Of a stretch of DNA of 64,000 nucleotides, positions 9,468-16,810 are shown in pieces. Each line of letters starts with the position of its first letter. Positions within the stretch are counted from its first letter, which is position 1. A model generated the notes under the pieces. The model did not search any database. It had not been told where the DNA came from and worked only from the letters and a program-made list of their open reading frames with translations. Origin of the DNA: Thermoplasmata archaeon (GTDB lineage Archaea > Thermoplasmatota > Thermoplasmata > RBG-16-68-12); contig DATEUA010000141.1 of assembly GCA_035283405.1 (NCBI GenBank), positions 8,984 through 72,983 of the forward strand, given 5' to 3'. The position numbers and the translations under genes are program-made.

Positions 9468-10241
9468 ATGCCCGCGAGGGGACCCGAGGACAATGGGAAT
9501 CGTGAGCGGTGCGCCACGGGCATCGAGGGGATCGACCACATCCTGAACGGCGGAATCCCGCGCGGGAACACGGTCCTCGTCGCCGGATCCGTCGGCACGG
9601 GGAAGACCTCGATCTGCATCGAGTTCCTCATCCACGGGGCCCTCAACGCGGAGAACTCCCTGTACATGAGCGTCACGGAGCCCAGCGCGAAGCTACTCCG
9701 AAACCTGATCCCGTTCGACTTCTTCGACGATCGCCTCGTGAAACAGGGAAAGCTCGCATTCGTGGACTTGCCAGGGATCTACGAGAGACTCGGCATCGAC
9801 GAGAAGGCAGAGTTCTCCTTCGACGAGATCAAGCGCCTCGTGGACGCGATTTCGGACCTCGTGGATAAGCACAACGTGAAGCGCTTCGTCCTCGACTCTG
9901 TGACTTCCGTGTCGTACCGGCTCGAGGATCGGGAGCTCATCCGGGAATTCCTCCTTCGGCTCGGGATGGTCCTGAGTGCGAAGAACTGCACGTCCCTCCT
10001 TGTGTCGGAGTTCACGGCGTCCGAAGTAGGATACTCGCGCCTCGGCGTCGCGGAGGCGATCACGGACGGAGTCATCGTCACGGGAAACCTGGAGCGCCGG
10101 GGGGACCTCCTGCGCACCTTGCAGGTCGTCAAGATGCGGGGGACCTCCCACAGCCGGGCGAAGTACGTCCTCGATCTCACGACGAGCGGAATCCTCCTCG
10201 TGCCGCTCCTGAAGGGCGGCAGCATTCCCGGAGGCGGATGA
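9468..10241 (+). CDS. KaiC/RAD55-like RecA-superfamily ATPase (single domain)
   Basis: TGIEGIDHILNGGIP, Walker A GSVGTGKT, Walker B FVLDS, RTLQVVKMRGTSH. Confidence 0.9.
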   Translation: MPARGPEDNGNRERCATGIEGIDHILNGGIPRGNTVLVAGSVGTGKTSICIEFLIHGALNAENSLYMSVTEPSAKLLRNLIPFDFFDDRLVKQGKLAFVDLPGIYERLGIDEKAEFSFDEIKRLVDAISDLVDKHNVKRFVLDSVTSVSYRLEDRELIREFLLRLGMVLSAKNCTSLLVSEFTASEVGYSRLGVAEAITDGVIVTGNLERRGDLLRTLQVVKMRGTSHSRAKYVLDLTTSGILLVPLLKGGSIPGGG

Positions 10242-10242
10242 C

Positions 10243-10830
10243 GTGACCGTCACGAGGGAAATCGCGGACAAACTGTCCGCGCTCCCGGAGGCCTCTGCGG
10301 TCTCCCTCCGGCTCGGAACGGACCAGTACTTCGACGCGATCCAAGGGATGCTCGACGTGTTCGCTTCGAAGAACAATCTGGAGGTCTTCTACATCACCTC
10401 GACGATCCCGTCGCAGAGCATCATCAACGCTCTCGAGGTCCTCGAGATCCCCCTCGACCGCATCTGGTTCGTCGACTGCATCAGCCAGATCATGATGTCC
10501 GCCGCGAAGCGGCACACGCATTCGATCGTCGTCGAAAGCCCCACGATGCTCGAGAATCTCATGCTGAAGATCGAGTTCCTGATGCGGAAGCATCCGGAAC
10601 GGAAGGCCCTCGTGGTCTTGGACTCGATCAATTCCCTCGCGATCCACAACAACACGAAGATTCTCAGCGAATTCCTGCACATCTTCGTGAACAATCTACG
10701 CTCCCACGGGGCGTACACAGTGATCTTCTCGATGCAGGAGTACGAGACGGATGAGATTCGTAACATGCTCGTAATCGTCTGCGACGAGACCCTCGAACTG
10801 GGGCACGACCTGAAAGCCCTCGCAGAGTGA
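10243..10830 (+). CDS. Degenerate (Walker A-less) KaiC-like / DUF835-related protein
   Basis: IWFVDCIS, LVVLDSINSL and terminal CDETLEL follow the RecA-fold pattern but there is no P-loop; starts 1 nt after the ATPase stop. Confidence 0.65.
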   Translation: MTVTREIADKLSALPEASAVSLRLGTDQYFDAIQGMLDVFASKNNLEVFYITSTIPSQSIINALEVLEIPLDRIWFVDCISQIMMSAAKRHTHSIVVESPTMLENLMLKIEFLMRKHPERKALVVLDSINSLAIHNNTKILSEFLHIFVNNLRSHGAYTVIFSMQEYETDEIRNMLVIVCDETLELGHDLKALAE

Positions 10831-10870
10831 GAGGTCGTCGGGCGTACGGTCGGCAGGCCCCCGCACCCCT

Positions 10871-10955
10871 GATTCTCAGCACGGGGAATACACGATTCGT
10901 TCCCTGCTTCAGGGAATCGTTCTCAGGGGGGAGCGGCCGCCGCGCTACCTTTACG
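10871..10955 (+). promoter_or_regulatory. Pilin-1 promoter: upstream motifs plus BRE/TATA
   Basis: GATTCTCA (10871), GAATCGTTCTCA (10914) and CCGCG..CCTTTA (TTTA at 10950); same spacing as in the pilin-2 promoter. Confidence 0.55.
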
Positions 10956-10979
10956 CCCTACGAGTCCAACGTCATTCAT

Positions 10980-11011
10980 GCGGCGAAAGCCGCAGGAAGG
11001 ACAAAACCATG
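10980..11011 (+). repeat. Identical 5'UTR element, copy 1 (GCGGC-GAAA-GCCGC hairpin + AGGAAGGACAAAACC-ATG)
   Basis: Exact direct repeat of 11728-11759. Confidence 0.9.
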
Positions 11012-11464
11012 AGTGCCCTCATCCGGAAGGATGAGCTGGCGGTGTCTCCCGTGATTGCGACGATTTTGATGGTCGCGATCACGGTGGTGCTCGCCGCGGT
11101 GCTGTACGTCATGGTGTCGGGCCTGATTGCCCCACCCGGACTACCGCCGCAGGCGATGGGAGTGAGCATCACCCGTTCCGCGGACGGGACGAACTGGACC
11201 GTCGTGATCGCCCACGTGCCGGTGGGCCTGACGGCGTCCGGGACGACCCTCTCCGTCCAGAACACCGGTGGTGCGATCGCCCTGGCAGCCACGGCGTTTG
11301 AGAGCCTCGCGTACGCGTCCGACGGAGCCGTCTACATCGGCGACGGCGATGCGACGGTCGAGGCCGCCGAACGGCTGCTCATCAGCACCGCGACGTACCC
11401 GACGGGGTACCGTGTGGAGATTTCCGACGGCCGGAACCTCCTCTACGCAGGGAACCTCCAGTAG
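11009..11464 (+). CDS. Archaeal type IV pilin (class III signal peptide)
   Basis: RKDELA/VSPVIATILMVAITVVLAAVLYVMVSG N-terminus. Confidence 0.92.
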   Translation: MSALIRKDELAVSPVIATILMVAITVVLAAVLYVMVSGLIAPPGLPPQAMGVSITRSADGTNWTVVIAHVPVGLTASGTTLSVQNTGGAIALAATAFESLAYASDGAVYIGDGDATVEAAERLLISTATYPTGYRVEISDGRNLLYAGNLQ

Positions 11465-11480
11465 TCAGGCCGCCTGAACC

Positions 11481-11504
11481 CTCTTCCCTTTTTTCTTTTT
11501 CTTC
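11481..11504 (+). terminator. Oligo-T/pyrimidine terminator after pilin 1
   Basis: TCTTCCCTTTTTTTCTTTTTCTTC shortly after the stop codon. Confidence 0.65.
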
Positions 11505-11618
11505 GCGGTGGAGCGGTGGGAATCGCACCGTCATCGTGCGATGACCATCGCGCAGAATCAGAGTCCGGCCAGGGCTCCGAGGCTGCGAGGACCGCCCCCC
11601 GGCGTCGTCATCAGGCGT

Positions 11619-11703
11619 GATTCCCACGGGAGAGAACTTGATCCGGACGACAACGCTCAAAGAGTCGTTCTCAAATCAGAAAAATCACCGCGAAACGTTT
11701 ATC
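11619..11703 (+). promoter_or_regulatory. Pilin-2 promoter: upstream motifs plus BRE/TATA
   Basis: GATTCCCA (11619), GAGTCGTTCTCA (11662) and CCGCGAAACGTTTAT (TTTA at 11698). Confidence 0.55.
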
Positions 11704-11727
11704 CCCGTCTCTCCCCCCCTCCTCCAG

Positions 11728-11759
11728 GCGGCGAAAGCCGCAGGAAGGACAAAACCATG
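11728..11759 (+). repeat. Identical 5'UTR element, copy 2
   Basis: Exact direct repeat of 10980-11011. Confidence 0.9.
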
Positions 11760-12212
11760 AAAGCCATCATCCGAAAGGATGAGCAGGCGGTGTCCCCCGT
11801 GATTGCGACCATCCTGATGGTCGCCATTACGGTGGTGCTCGCCGCGGTGTTGTACGTCATGGTCTCCGGCCTTTTGGTCGGACCAGGCGGCGGCCCGCGG
11901 TCGATGGGCATCAGCATCAGCCGCTCCGCGGATGGTACGAACTGGACCCTCGTGATCGCATCGTCCCCAACGGGACTCACGACGTCCGGGACGAGCCTTA
12001 CCATCCTGAATGCGGGCGGTGCGATTGCCCTAGCATCTGAGGCGTTCAGCAGCCTCGCGTATGCGTCCGACAGAGCAGTCTACATCGGCGACGCCGACAC
12101 GACGGTCGAAGCCTCAGAGCGGCTGCTCGTCAGCACCAGCACCTACCCGACCGGATTCCGCGCTGAGATCTCGGACGGCGCGGGTCTCCTGTTCTCTGGA
12201 ACCCTCCAGTAA
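11757..12212 (+). CDS. Archaeal type IV pilin (paralog of 11009-11464)
   Basis: MKAIIRKDEQA/VSPVIATILMVAITVVLAAVLYVMVSG; 151 aa like the first copy and colinear with it. Confidence 0.92.
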   Translation: MKAIIRKDEQAVSPVIATILMVAITVVLAAVLYVMVSGLLVGPGGGPRSMGISISRSADGTNWTLVIASSPTGLTTSGTSLTILNAGGAIALASEAFSSLAYASDRAVYIGDADTTVEASERLLVSTSTYPTGFRAEISDGAGLLFSGTLQ

Positions 12213-12230
12213 GCAGGCGCTGCGAACCTA

Positions 12231-12262
12231 CTTCCCTTTTTCCTTTCTTCTTTCCCTTTCTT
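12231..12262 (+). terminator. Pyrimidine-tract terminator after pilin 2
   Basis: CTTCCCTTTTTCCTTTCTTCTTTCCCTTTCTT. Confidence 0.6.
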
Positions 12263-12351
12263 CAGCGCACGAACGCTCTCGACACAAGCCGACCCGGCCC
12301 GACCTTGCCTTTATGTTCCCCACGCGGTTAAGGCGCGCGGAGGCGACCCCC

Positions 12352-12789
12352 ATGCCATCCGTGGACGTTGCCGTGGTCTACGCGGACGGGGGTTCCCGAG
12401 GAAACCCGGGCCCCTCGGCGATCGGGGTGGTCGTCGCCGACGAACGAGGGACCGTCCTGCTCGAGCACAAGGAATCGATCGGTCGCGGGACGAACAACGA
12501 AGCCGAATACCGCGCGATCGCCACGGGCCTTGACCTTGCCGGCCGATTCACGCGAAAGGACGTTCGATGCGTCTCCGACAGCGAGCTCGCGGTTCGACAG
12601 CTCACCGGACGGTACGGCCTCGATAGCCCCGGGCTCCAACCTCTGTTCCACCGGGTCAAGCGGCTCGAACGCACGTTCCATCGTGTGAGCTATGAGAGCC
12701 GCCCCCGGCTCACCGGCCTTCTTCGCAGGGCGGACGAACTCGTGAACGAAGCGCTCGACGAGGAGGCCTCCGCGAATCGCCGCGTCTGA
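12352..12789 (+). CDS. rnhA: Ribonuclease HI family protein
   Basis: YADGGSRGNPGPSA, TNNEAEY, SDSEL, ADELVN. Confidence 0.9.
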   Translation: MPSVDVAVVYADGGSRGNPGPSAIGVVVADERGTVLLEHKESIGRGTNNEAEYRAIATGLDLAGRFTRKDVRCVSDSELAVRQLTGRYGLDSPGLQPLFHRVKRLERTFHRVSYESRPRLTGLLRRADELVNEALDEEASANRRV

Positions 12790-13046
12790 GACGGATCTCG
12801 TAGTCCGGCGCGACGACCGTTGGATTCTCGATGAGACATCCCAGCCGTCGGCCGCCGGTCGGTAGGCCTCGGGCGCGTGGAACCGGCGATGCGGCGGCCC
12901 GCAGTCCACGGCCATCTGGGGTCGGGGCGCGGTTTGCCCGCCACACCAAGTCGAGTGCAGAACTGAGCACGCTCGCAGATTGCCGAGTCCGGAAAGCTTG
13001 ATGGCGTTCCCCGCTGTTCCCTGACCGAACGCTCGGAGAGGCTTCC

Positions 13047-14888
13047 GTGGAGGAACGCGACCGTCGTCCACCGTTCGGCCTGATTCTCGCGGTCGCCGTC
13101 CTGTCGCAAGGTCTTGTCATCACGACCGCCCCGTCCGCAGCGATCCTCCTGGCGCACGACGTCGCGGACACGGAAGGAGTCGCATGGGATCACGGAGTCG
13201 ACCGAGGCCCGGGAACACCGGCCCCCACCGCGAGCGGGGATGGATTCCTTCGCGTCACGACGGGCATCGACCTCCATCCGGAAAGCGGGGTGCCCGGGAA
13301 GATCCTCGTCGACGGAGTCCCTCGGGACGAATGGGGTCTGACGTGGCTGAAGATGGATCCCGGGGCGCACGTCGTCTCCTTCTTGGACGTCCCGGGACTC
13401 GACACCCCGGGCCCCACGGAGGTGACGGTCACCGCAGGGGAGACGTCCTCCGTCGTGGGCGAGTATCGCGCGAGGGGCTGGCTGCGGGTCCTCACGGACC
13501 CTTCGGTTCCCGGGACGATCTCTGTGGACGGGATCCCGCGAAACGATTGGGGCATGTGGATGGCCATACGACCCGGAACCTACAGCGTCTCGTTCGGTGC
13601 CGTTGCGGGGTACCGTCCGCCGGAGCCCATCCCTGTCGAGGTCTTTGCGGATCGGCAGACGACGGTCACCGGGGCGTACGCGCGGGACGACGCGTTTCCG
13701 GGACCGGATCCGGCGACGTTCGGGCTGCTCCGCGTCGAGACGGCCCTTGACGACGGTCGGCCTGGGGTGATGACCCAGATTCTCCTCGACGGAGCGCCGC
13801 GGGACGAGTGGGGGCTCACCTGGGTCAAAGTCCCCCCGGGTACGTACACGCTTTCCGTGACGGACGTGCCGGGCCTCGGGACTCCCGAGGATCAGACCGT
13901 GAGCATCGCTGCGGGTGCAACGACCGTCGTACGGGCAGTCTTCCAGCGCCTCGGCTCGCTGCGCATCCTGACGGATCCGCCCACGCCTGCGACCGTCTCC
14001 GTGGACGGGGTCCGACGGAACGACTGGGGGATGTGGATGTCCGTGCCGCCGGGGACGTACGACGTTTCGTTCGAATCGCTCGTGGATCTTCCCGCGCCCA
14101 CTCCTCAGCGCGTCGCGGTCGCCGCAGGCGAACTCACGCAGGTCGCAGGTTCGTCTGCCCAGCCTGAACGTTCGCTGAACTGGGCGGGATACATCGTCGC
14201 GAGTGACTTCGACCGGCCCGAGCCCATCGTGGATTCCGCGCGTGGCTCCTGGATCGTCCCCGAGGTGCCCCTGACGGAGGACACGAGGTACTCGTCTGTC
14301 TGGGTCGGCATCGGCGGATTCTTTTTCGGGGATCTTTCGCTGATCCAGATCGGGACGGAGGCGGACAGCTCGCGCCTCGAGACCCTGTACGCCGCATGGT
14401 TCGAGCTCCTTCCGGATCCGGCGATCCGGATCACGGACCGCATGACATCGTGCCCATCCGAGACGAACTCGCACGTCTGCGTCGTGAGGCCCGGCGACTT
14501 GATCGACGCGTCCGTCGACCTGGTCGATCCTGCGCAGAATCGATGGACGCTGTCCCTCTCCGACCTCACCCAGGGCTGGCGATTCGACCTCACGACGGGC
14601 TACGCCTCGTCTCGCCTATCCGCGGAGTGGATCGTCGAGCGACCGGTCGTGTGTCGCCCGCAGTTCTGCTACCTGACGAATCTCCCGCTGTTTGGCACGG
14701 CGAGCCTCGGATCCGATGCGACAGGGATTGCCGGCACGAACGTGGCGACGATCGGCGGATTCCGCGCCCCGCTGGGCGCGTTCGCGCGGCGTGAGATCAT
14801 CATGCACGCGTCGGTCACCGTAGTCCTTGCGGATCCGTCGCCGGTCAGCCTGAGCGGGACGAGCTTCTCCGTGCTGCGAATCACGTGA
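13047..14888 (+). CDS. Secreted protein: four PEGA-like repeats plus a C-terminal G1-family (eqolisin) glutamic peptidase domain
   Basis: Signal-like N-terminus; duplicated VDGxPRDEWG / VDGxxRNDWG units; SLNWAGY, VWVGIGG, LIQIGTE, AWFELLP, SAEWIVERP. Confidence 0.82.
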   Translation: MEERDRRPPFGLILAVAVLSQGLVITTAPSAAILLAHDVADTEGVAWDHGVDRGPGTPAPTASGDGFLRVTTGIDLHPESGVPGKILVDGVPRDEWGLTWLKMDPGAHVVSFLDVPGLDTPGPTEVTVTAGETSSVVGEYRARGWLRVLTDPSVPGTISVDGIPRNDWGMWMAIRPGTYSVSFGAVAGYRPPEPIPVEVFADRQTTVTGAYARDDAFPGPDPATFGLLRVETALDDGRPGVMTQILLDGAPRDEWGLTWVKVPPGTYTLSVTDVPGLGTPEDQTVSIAAGATTVVRAVFQRLGSLRILTDPPTPATVSVDGVRRNDWGMWMSVPPGTYDVSFESLVDLPAPTPQRVAVAAGELTQVAGSSAQPERSLNWAGYIVASDFDRPEPIVDSARGSWIVPEVPLTEDTRYSSVWVGIGGFFFGDLSLIQIGTEADSSRLETLYAAWFELLPDPAIRITDRMTSCPSETNSHVCVVRPGDLIDASVDLVDPAQNRWTLSLSDLTQGWRFDLTTGYASSRLSAEWIVERPVVCRPQFCYLTNLPLFGTASLGSDATGIAGTNVATIGGFRAPLGAFARREIIMHASVTVVLADPSPVSLSGTSFSVLRIT

Positions 14889-14961
14889 GGGCGCGGCCCC
14901 TCCAGCTACCCAGGCGTCCAAGAGGGATCGAGATTGCGTCTCGGGAGCATGAAGCGGGCGC

Positions 14962-15216
14962 CTACCACGTCCACTTGAACTCTTCGATCGGGAGGGCCAG
15001 GGACGTCGTCGTCTCTGCGACCCGGCCGAACTGGACCATGAAATCCGCCGCGGTGGACGGGTCTGGCGCCTCGAAGATGACGAGGGCATCGGGGTTGCCG
15101 AGGAGGCCCAGGAACTCGTGGACCACGACTTTGTTCGGAAGCTTCGGGTGCCTGAACACCCGAGTCGCCTCCTCGAGTTGTCCCGGGATGACCTTCAACT
15201 GGGTGACGAACAGCAT
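14962..15216 (-). CDS. Small GYD-like / ferredoxin-fold protein
   Basis: 84 aa; LLGNPDALVIFEAPD resembles the GxYD-vvi-EapD motif; TTAAATA upstream. Confidence 0.6.
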   Translation of the reverse strand: MLFVTQLKVIPGQLEEATRVFRHPKLPNKVVVHEFLGLLGNPDALVIFEAPDPSTAADFMVQFGRVAETTTSLALPIEEFKWTW

Positions 15217-15264
15217 AGGCTCACGACGGCGTCCGCATCCCGCGGCCTCTTATTTAACCGTTGG

Positions 15265-15738
15265 TCATCGCGGCCCGGTCTGCGCCGAGTCCCAGCGGTG
15301 CACACGCACATGCACCAACGAAGACTGCGCGACCGTCGTCCCGAGGACCTTGTCGGACCAGCGCTGCCTCGGATCGCCCTCGACGATCAGCCCTGCGAGG
15401 ACGTCGATGAACGGGAAGGCGAACCAAAAGAGCTTCGGGAAGTTCCGCACGGCCGCCTTTGAGAAGGTCATTGGACCCCGCACGGAGCGGACCTCGAGGC
15501 CCGCGATGTACTTTCCGACCGTCGTCCGCAGGAACGCCTCCGCGAGGGTCGAGTACGTGTACAACACGACCCCGCCCCAGAGCCCGTAGACGATCGGCTG
15601 CCTCTGGCCCAGGTAGTACAGGAAGATCCAGAGGGGGGCGAAGACGAACGCGAGGTCGATCGCGAATCCGATGAACCTCCGGAGCCAGTGGATCTGGAAC
15701 GTCCGGTTCCGGCCCAGGAGGTCGAGGCCGTTCACCAT
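15265..15738 (-). CDS. RDD family membrane protein
   Basis: RRFIGFAID, TVGKYIAGLEV, AAVRN, QRWSDKVLGTTV. Confidence 0.88.
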   Translation of the reverse strand: MVNGLDLLGRNRTFQIHWLRRFIGFAIDLAFVFAPLWIFLYYLGQRQPIVYGLWGGVVLYTYSTLAEAFLRTTVGKYIAGLEVRSVRGPMTFSKAAVRNFPKLFWFAFPFIDVLAGLIVEGDPRQRWSDKVLGTTVAQSSLVHVRVHRWDSAQTGPR

Positions 15739-15813
15739 GAGTGCATCCCGGGCGTCTTGATGGACCTCTCGCTATAAAAATGTCTGGACCCGACCGACGG
15801 ATTGACAATCGTG

Positions 15814-15872
15814 GCCACTCAGATCGCCCATCATTCATCACGGATCAGCATCGGTTGCATCATCACGGTGGC
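15814..15872 (-). ncRNA. Dual-guide C/D box sRNA (2'-O-methylation guide)
   Basis: Minus strand reads GCCAC-C-GTGATGA(C)-TGCAACCGATG-CTGA(D')-TCC-GTGATGA(C')-ATGATGGGCGAT-CTGA(D)-GTGGC: four consensus boxes, 11-12 nt guides and a 5-bp terminal stem, located intergenically. Confidence 0.9.
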
Positions 15873-15955
15873 GTTCCGTGCGTACGGCGCCCGGAGGCAT
15901 CAGGTTTGCGCCCCCGCCCCCCATCCTTAATGGCATCCCATCGGGATGCCCGGCC

Positions 15956-16459
15956 GTGGCCCGCGTCCGGCTCCTCGTGTACGACGCGAAGCAATGCGAT
16001 CCGAAGCGGTGCACCGCCCGCAAGCTGAGGCGGTTCGGGCTCGTCGTATTCGTCCCGAGACCGAGTGCCCTGCCGCGGGGAGCCATCCTCCTCCGGCCGG
16101 ACGCGACACGGGCCCTGTCCCCCGAGGACGCGCCCGCCGCGGAACGCCATGGCCTCGCGGTCCTCGACGCGTCCTGGCGGGCGGCGGCGTTCCCGCGAGT
16201 CTCACGAGGCGTGGCCCGCGCGTTGCCCTACCTCCTCGCGGCGAACCCCGTGAACTACGGGAAGCCCTTCACCCTCTCGAGCGCGGAGGCGTTCGCGGCG
16301 GCCCTCGTCATCATGGGCCACGAGGACGAAGGGAAGGCCGTCCTCTCGAAGTTCGCGTGGGGGGACCAGTTCCTCGTCCTGAACAGACAGCCCTTGGACG
16401 CGTACCGCGCGGCCGCCGACAGCTCGGAGGTCGTGAAGGCCCAGGCGCTCTTCATTTGA
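15956..16459 (+). CDS. tsr3: SSU rRNA aminocarboxypropyltransferase Tsr3 (DUF367)
   Basis: QCDPKRCTARKL, LSPED, VLDASW, RALPYLLAANPVNYGKP, LSSAEA, FAWG. Confidence 0.92.
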   Translation: MARVRLLVYDAKQCDPKRCTARKLRRFGLVVFVPRPSALPRGAILLRPDATRALSPEDAPAAERHGLAVLDASWRAAAFPRVSRGVARALPYLLAANPVNYGKPFTLSSAEAFAAALVIMGHEDEGKAVLSKFAWGDQFLVLNRQPLDAYRAAADSSEVVKAQALFI

Positions 16460-16628
16460 AGTCGGGCGGGAGAAGGTCCGGAATCCCGTCCTTGATCTCG
16501 TACCGGTGGTTGCACGACTTGCAGTACAGGGTCCCTTCGAGGATCTCGTCCTTCTCGACCTGCACCGAGAGCTCGAGATCGCCCTTGCACACGGGGCAGC
16601 ACAGGATCTCCATCAGGTCGCGCTTCAT
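16452..16628 (-). CDS. trm112: Trm112-family methyltransferase activator
   Basis: MKRDLMEILCCPVCKGDL...EGTLYCKSCNHRYEIKDGIPDLLP. Confidence 0.9.
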   Translation of the reverse strand: MKRDLMEILCCPVCKGDLELSVQVEKDEILEGTLYCKSCNHRYEIKDGIPDLLPPDFK

Positions 16629-16810
16629 CGAGGCGGACAAGGGTCGCGTCCGGCTTAAGCGCTTCGCGGCGCGAGGCCTTCGACTGCCGTGCCAAAAACC
16701 TCATCCCCGCCGGCTCTCTCGTCGGGGGACCATGGGCCCGGAGCCTGCGCACCCGCGACCCATATATAGAGGATGTATCATGGGCCACTCCCTGCCCGGT
16801 CGGTGCTCCC

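Noticed and set aside
7262..10241. larB (homolog of cyanobacterial circadian phase modifier CpmA) near a KaiC-like gene, suggesting a clock locus
   Set aside because: Divergent and separated by hps; the ATPases are single-domain and no kaiA/kaiB is present. LarB has an established cofactor role.
11508..11756. 83-aa N-terminal extension of pilin 2 in the ORF track
   Set aside because: The class III signal peptide and the shared leader fix the start at 11757; the upstream region holds a terminator and promoter.
12790..13046. 257-nt gap examined for an ncRNA or small gene
   Set aside because: No C/D boxes, tRNA fold, convincing stem or credible ORF found by eye.
15932..15950. Perfect inverted repeat GGCATCCC-ATC-GGGATGCC before tsr3
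   Set aside because: Single short palindrome; could be an operator but has no second copy or other support.
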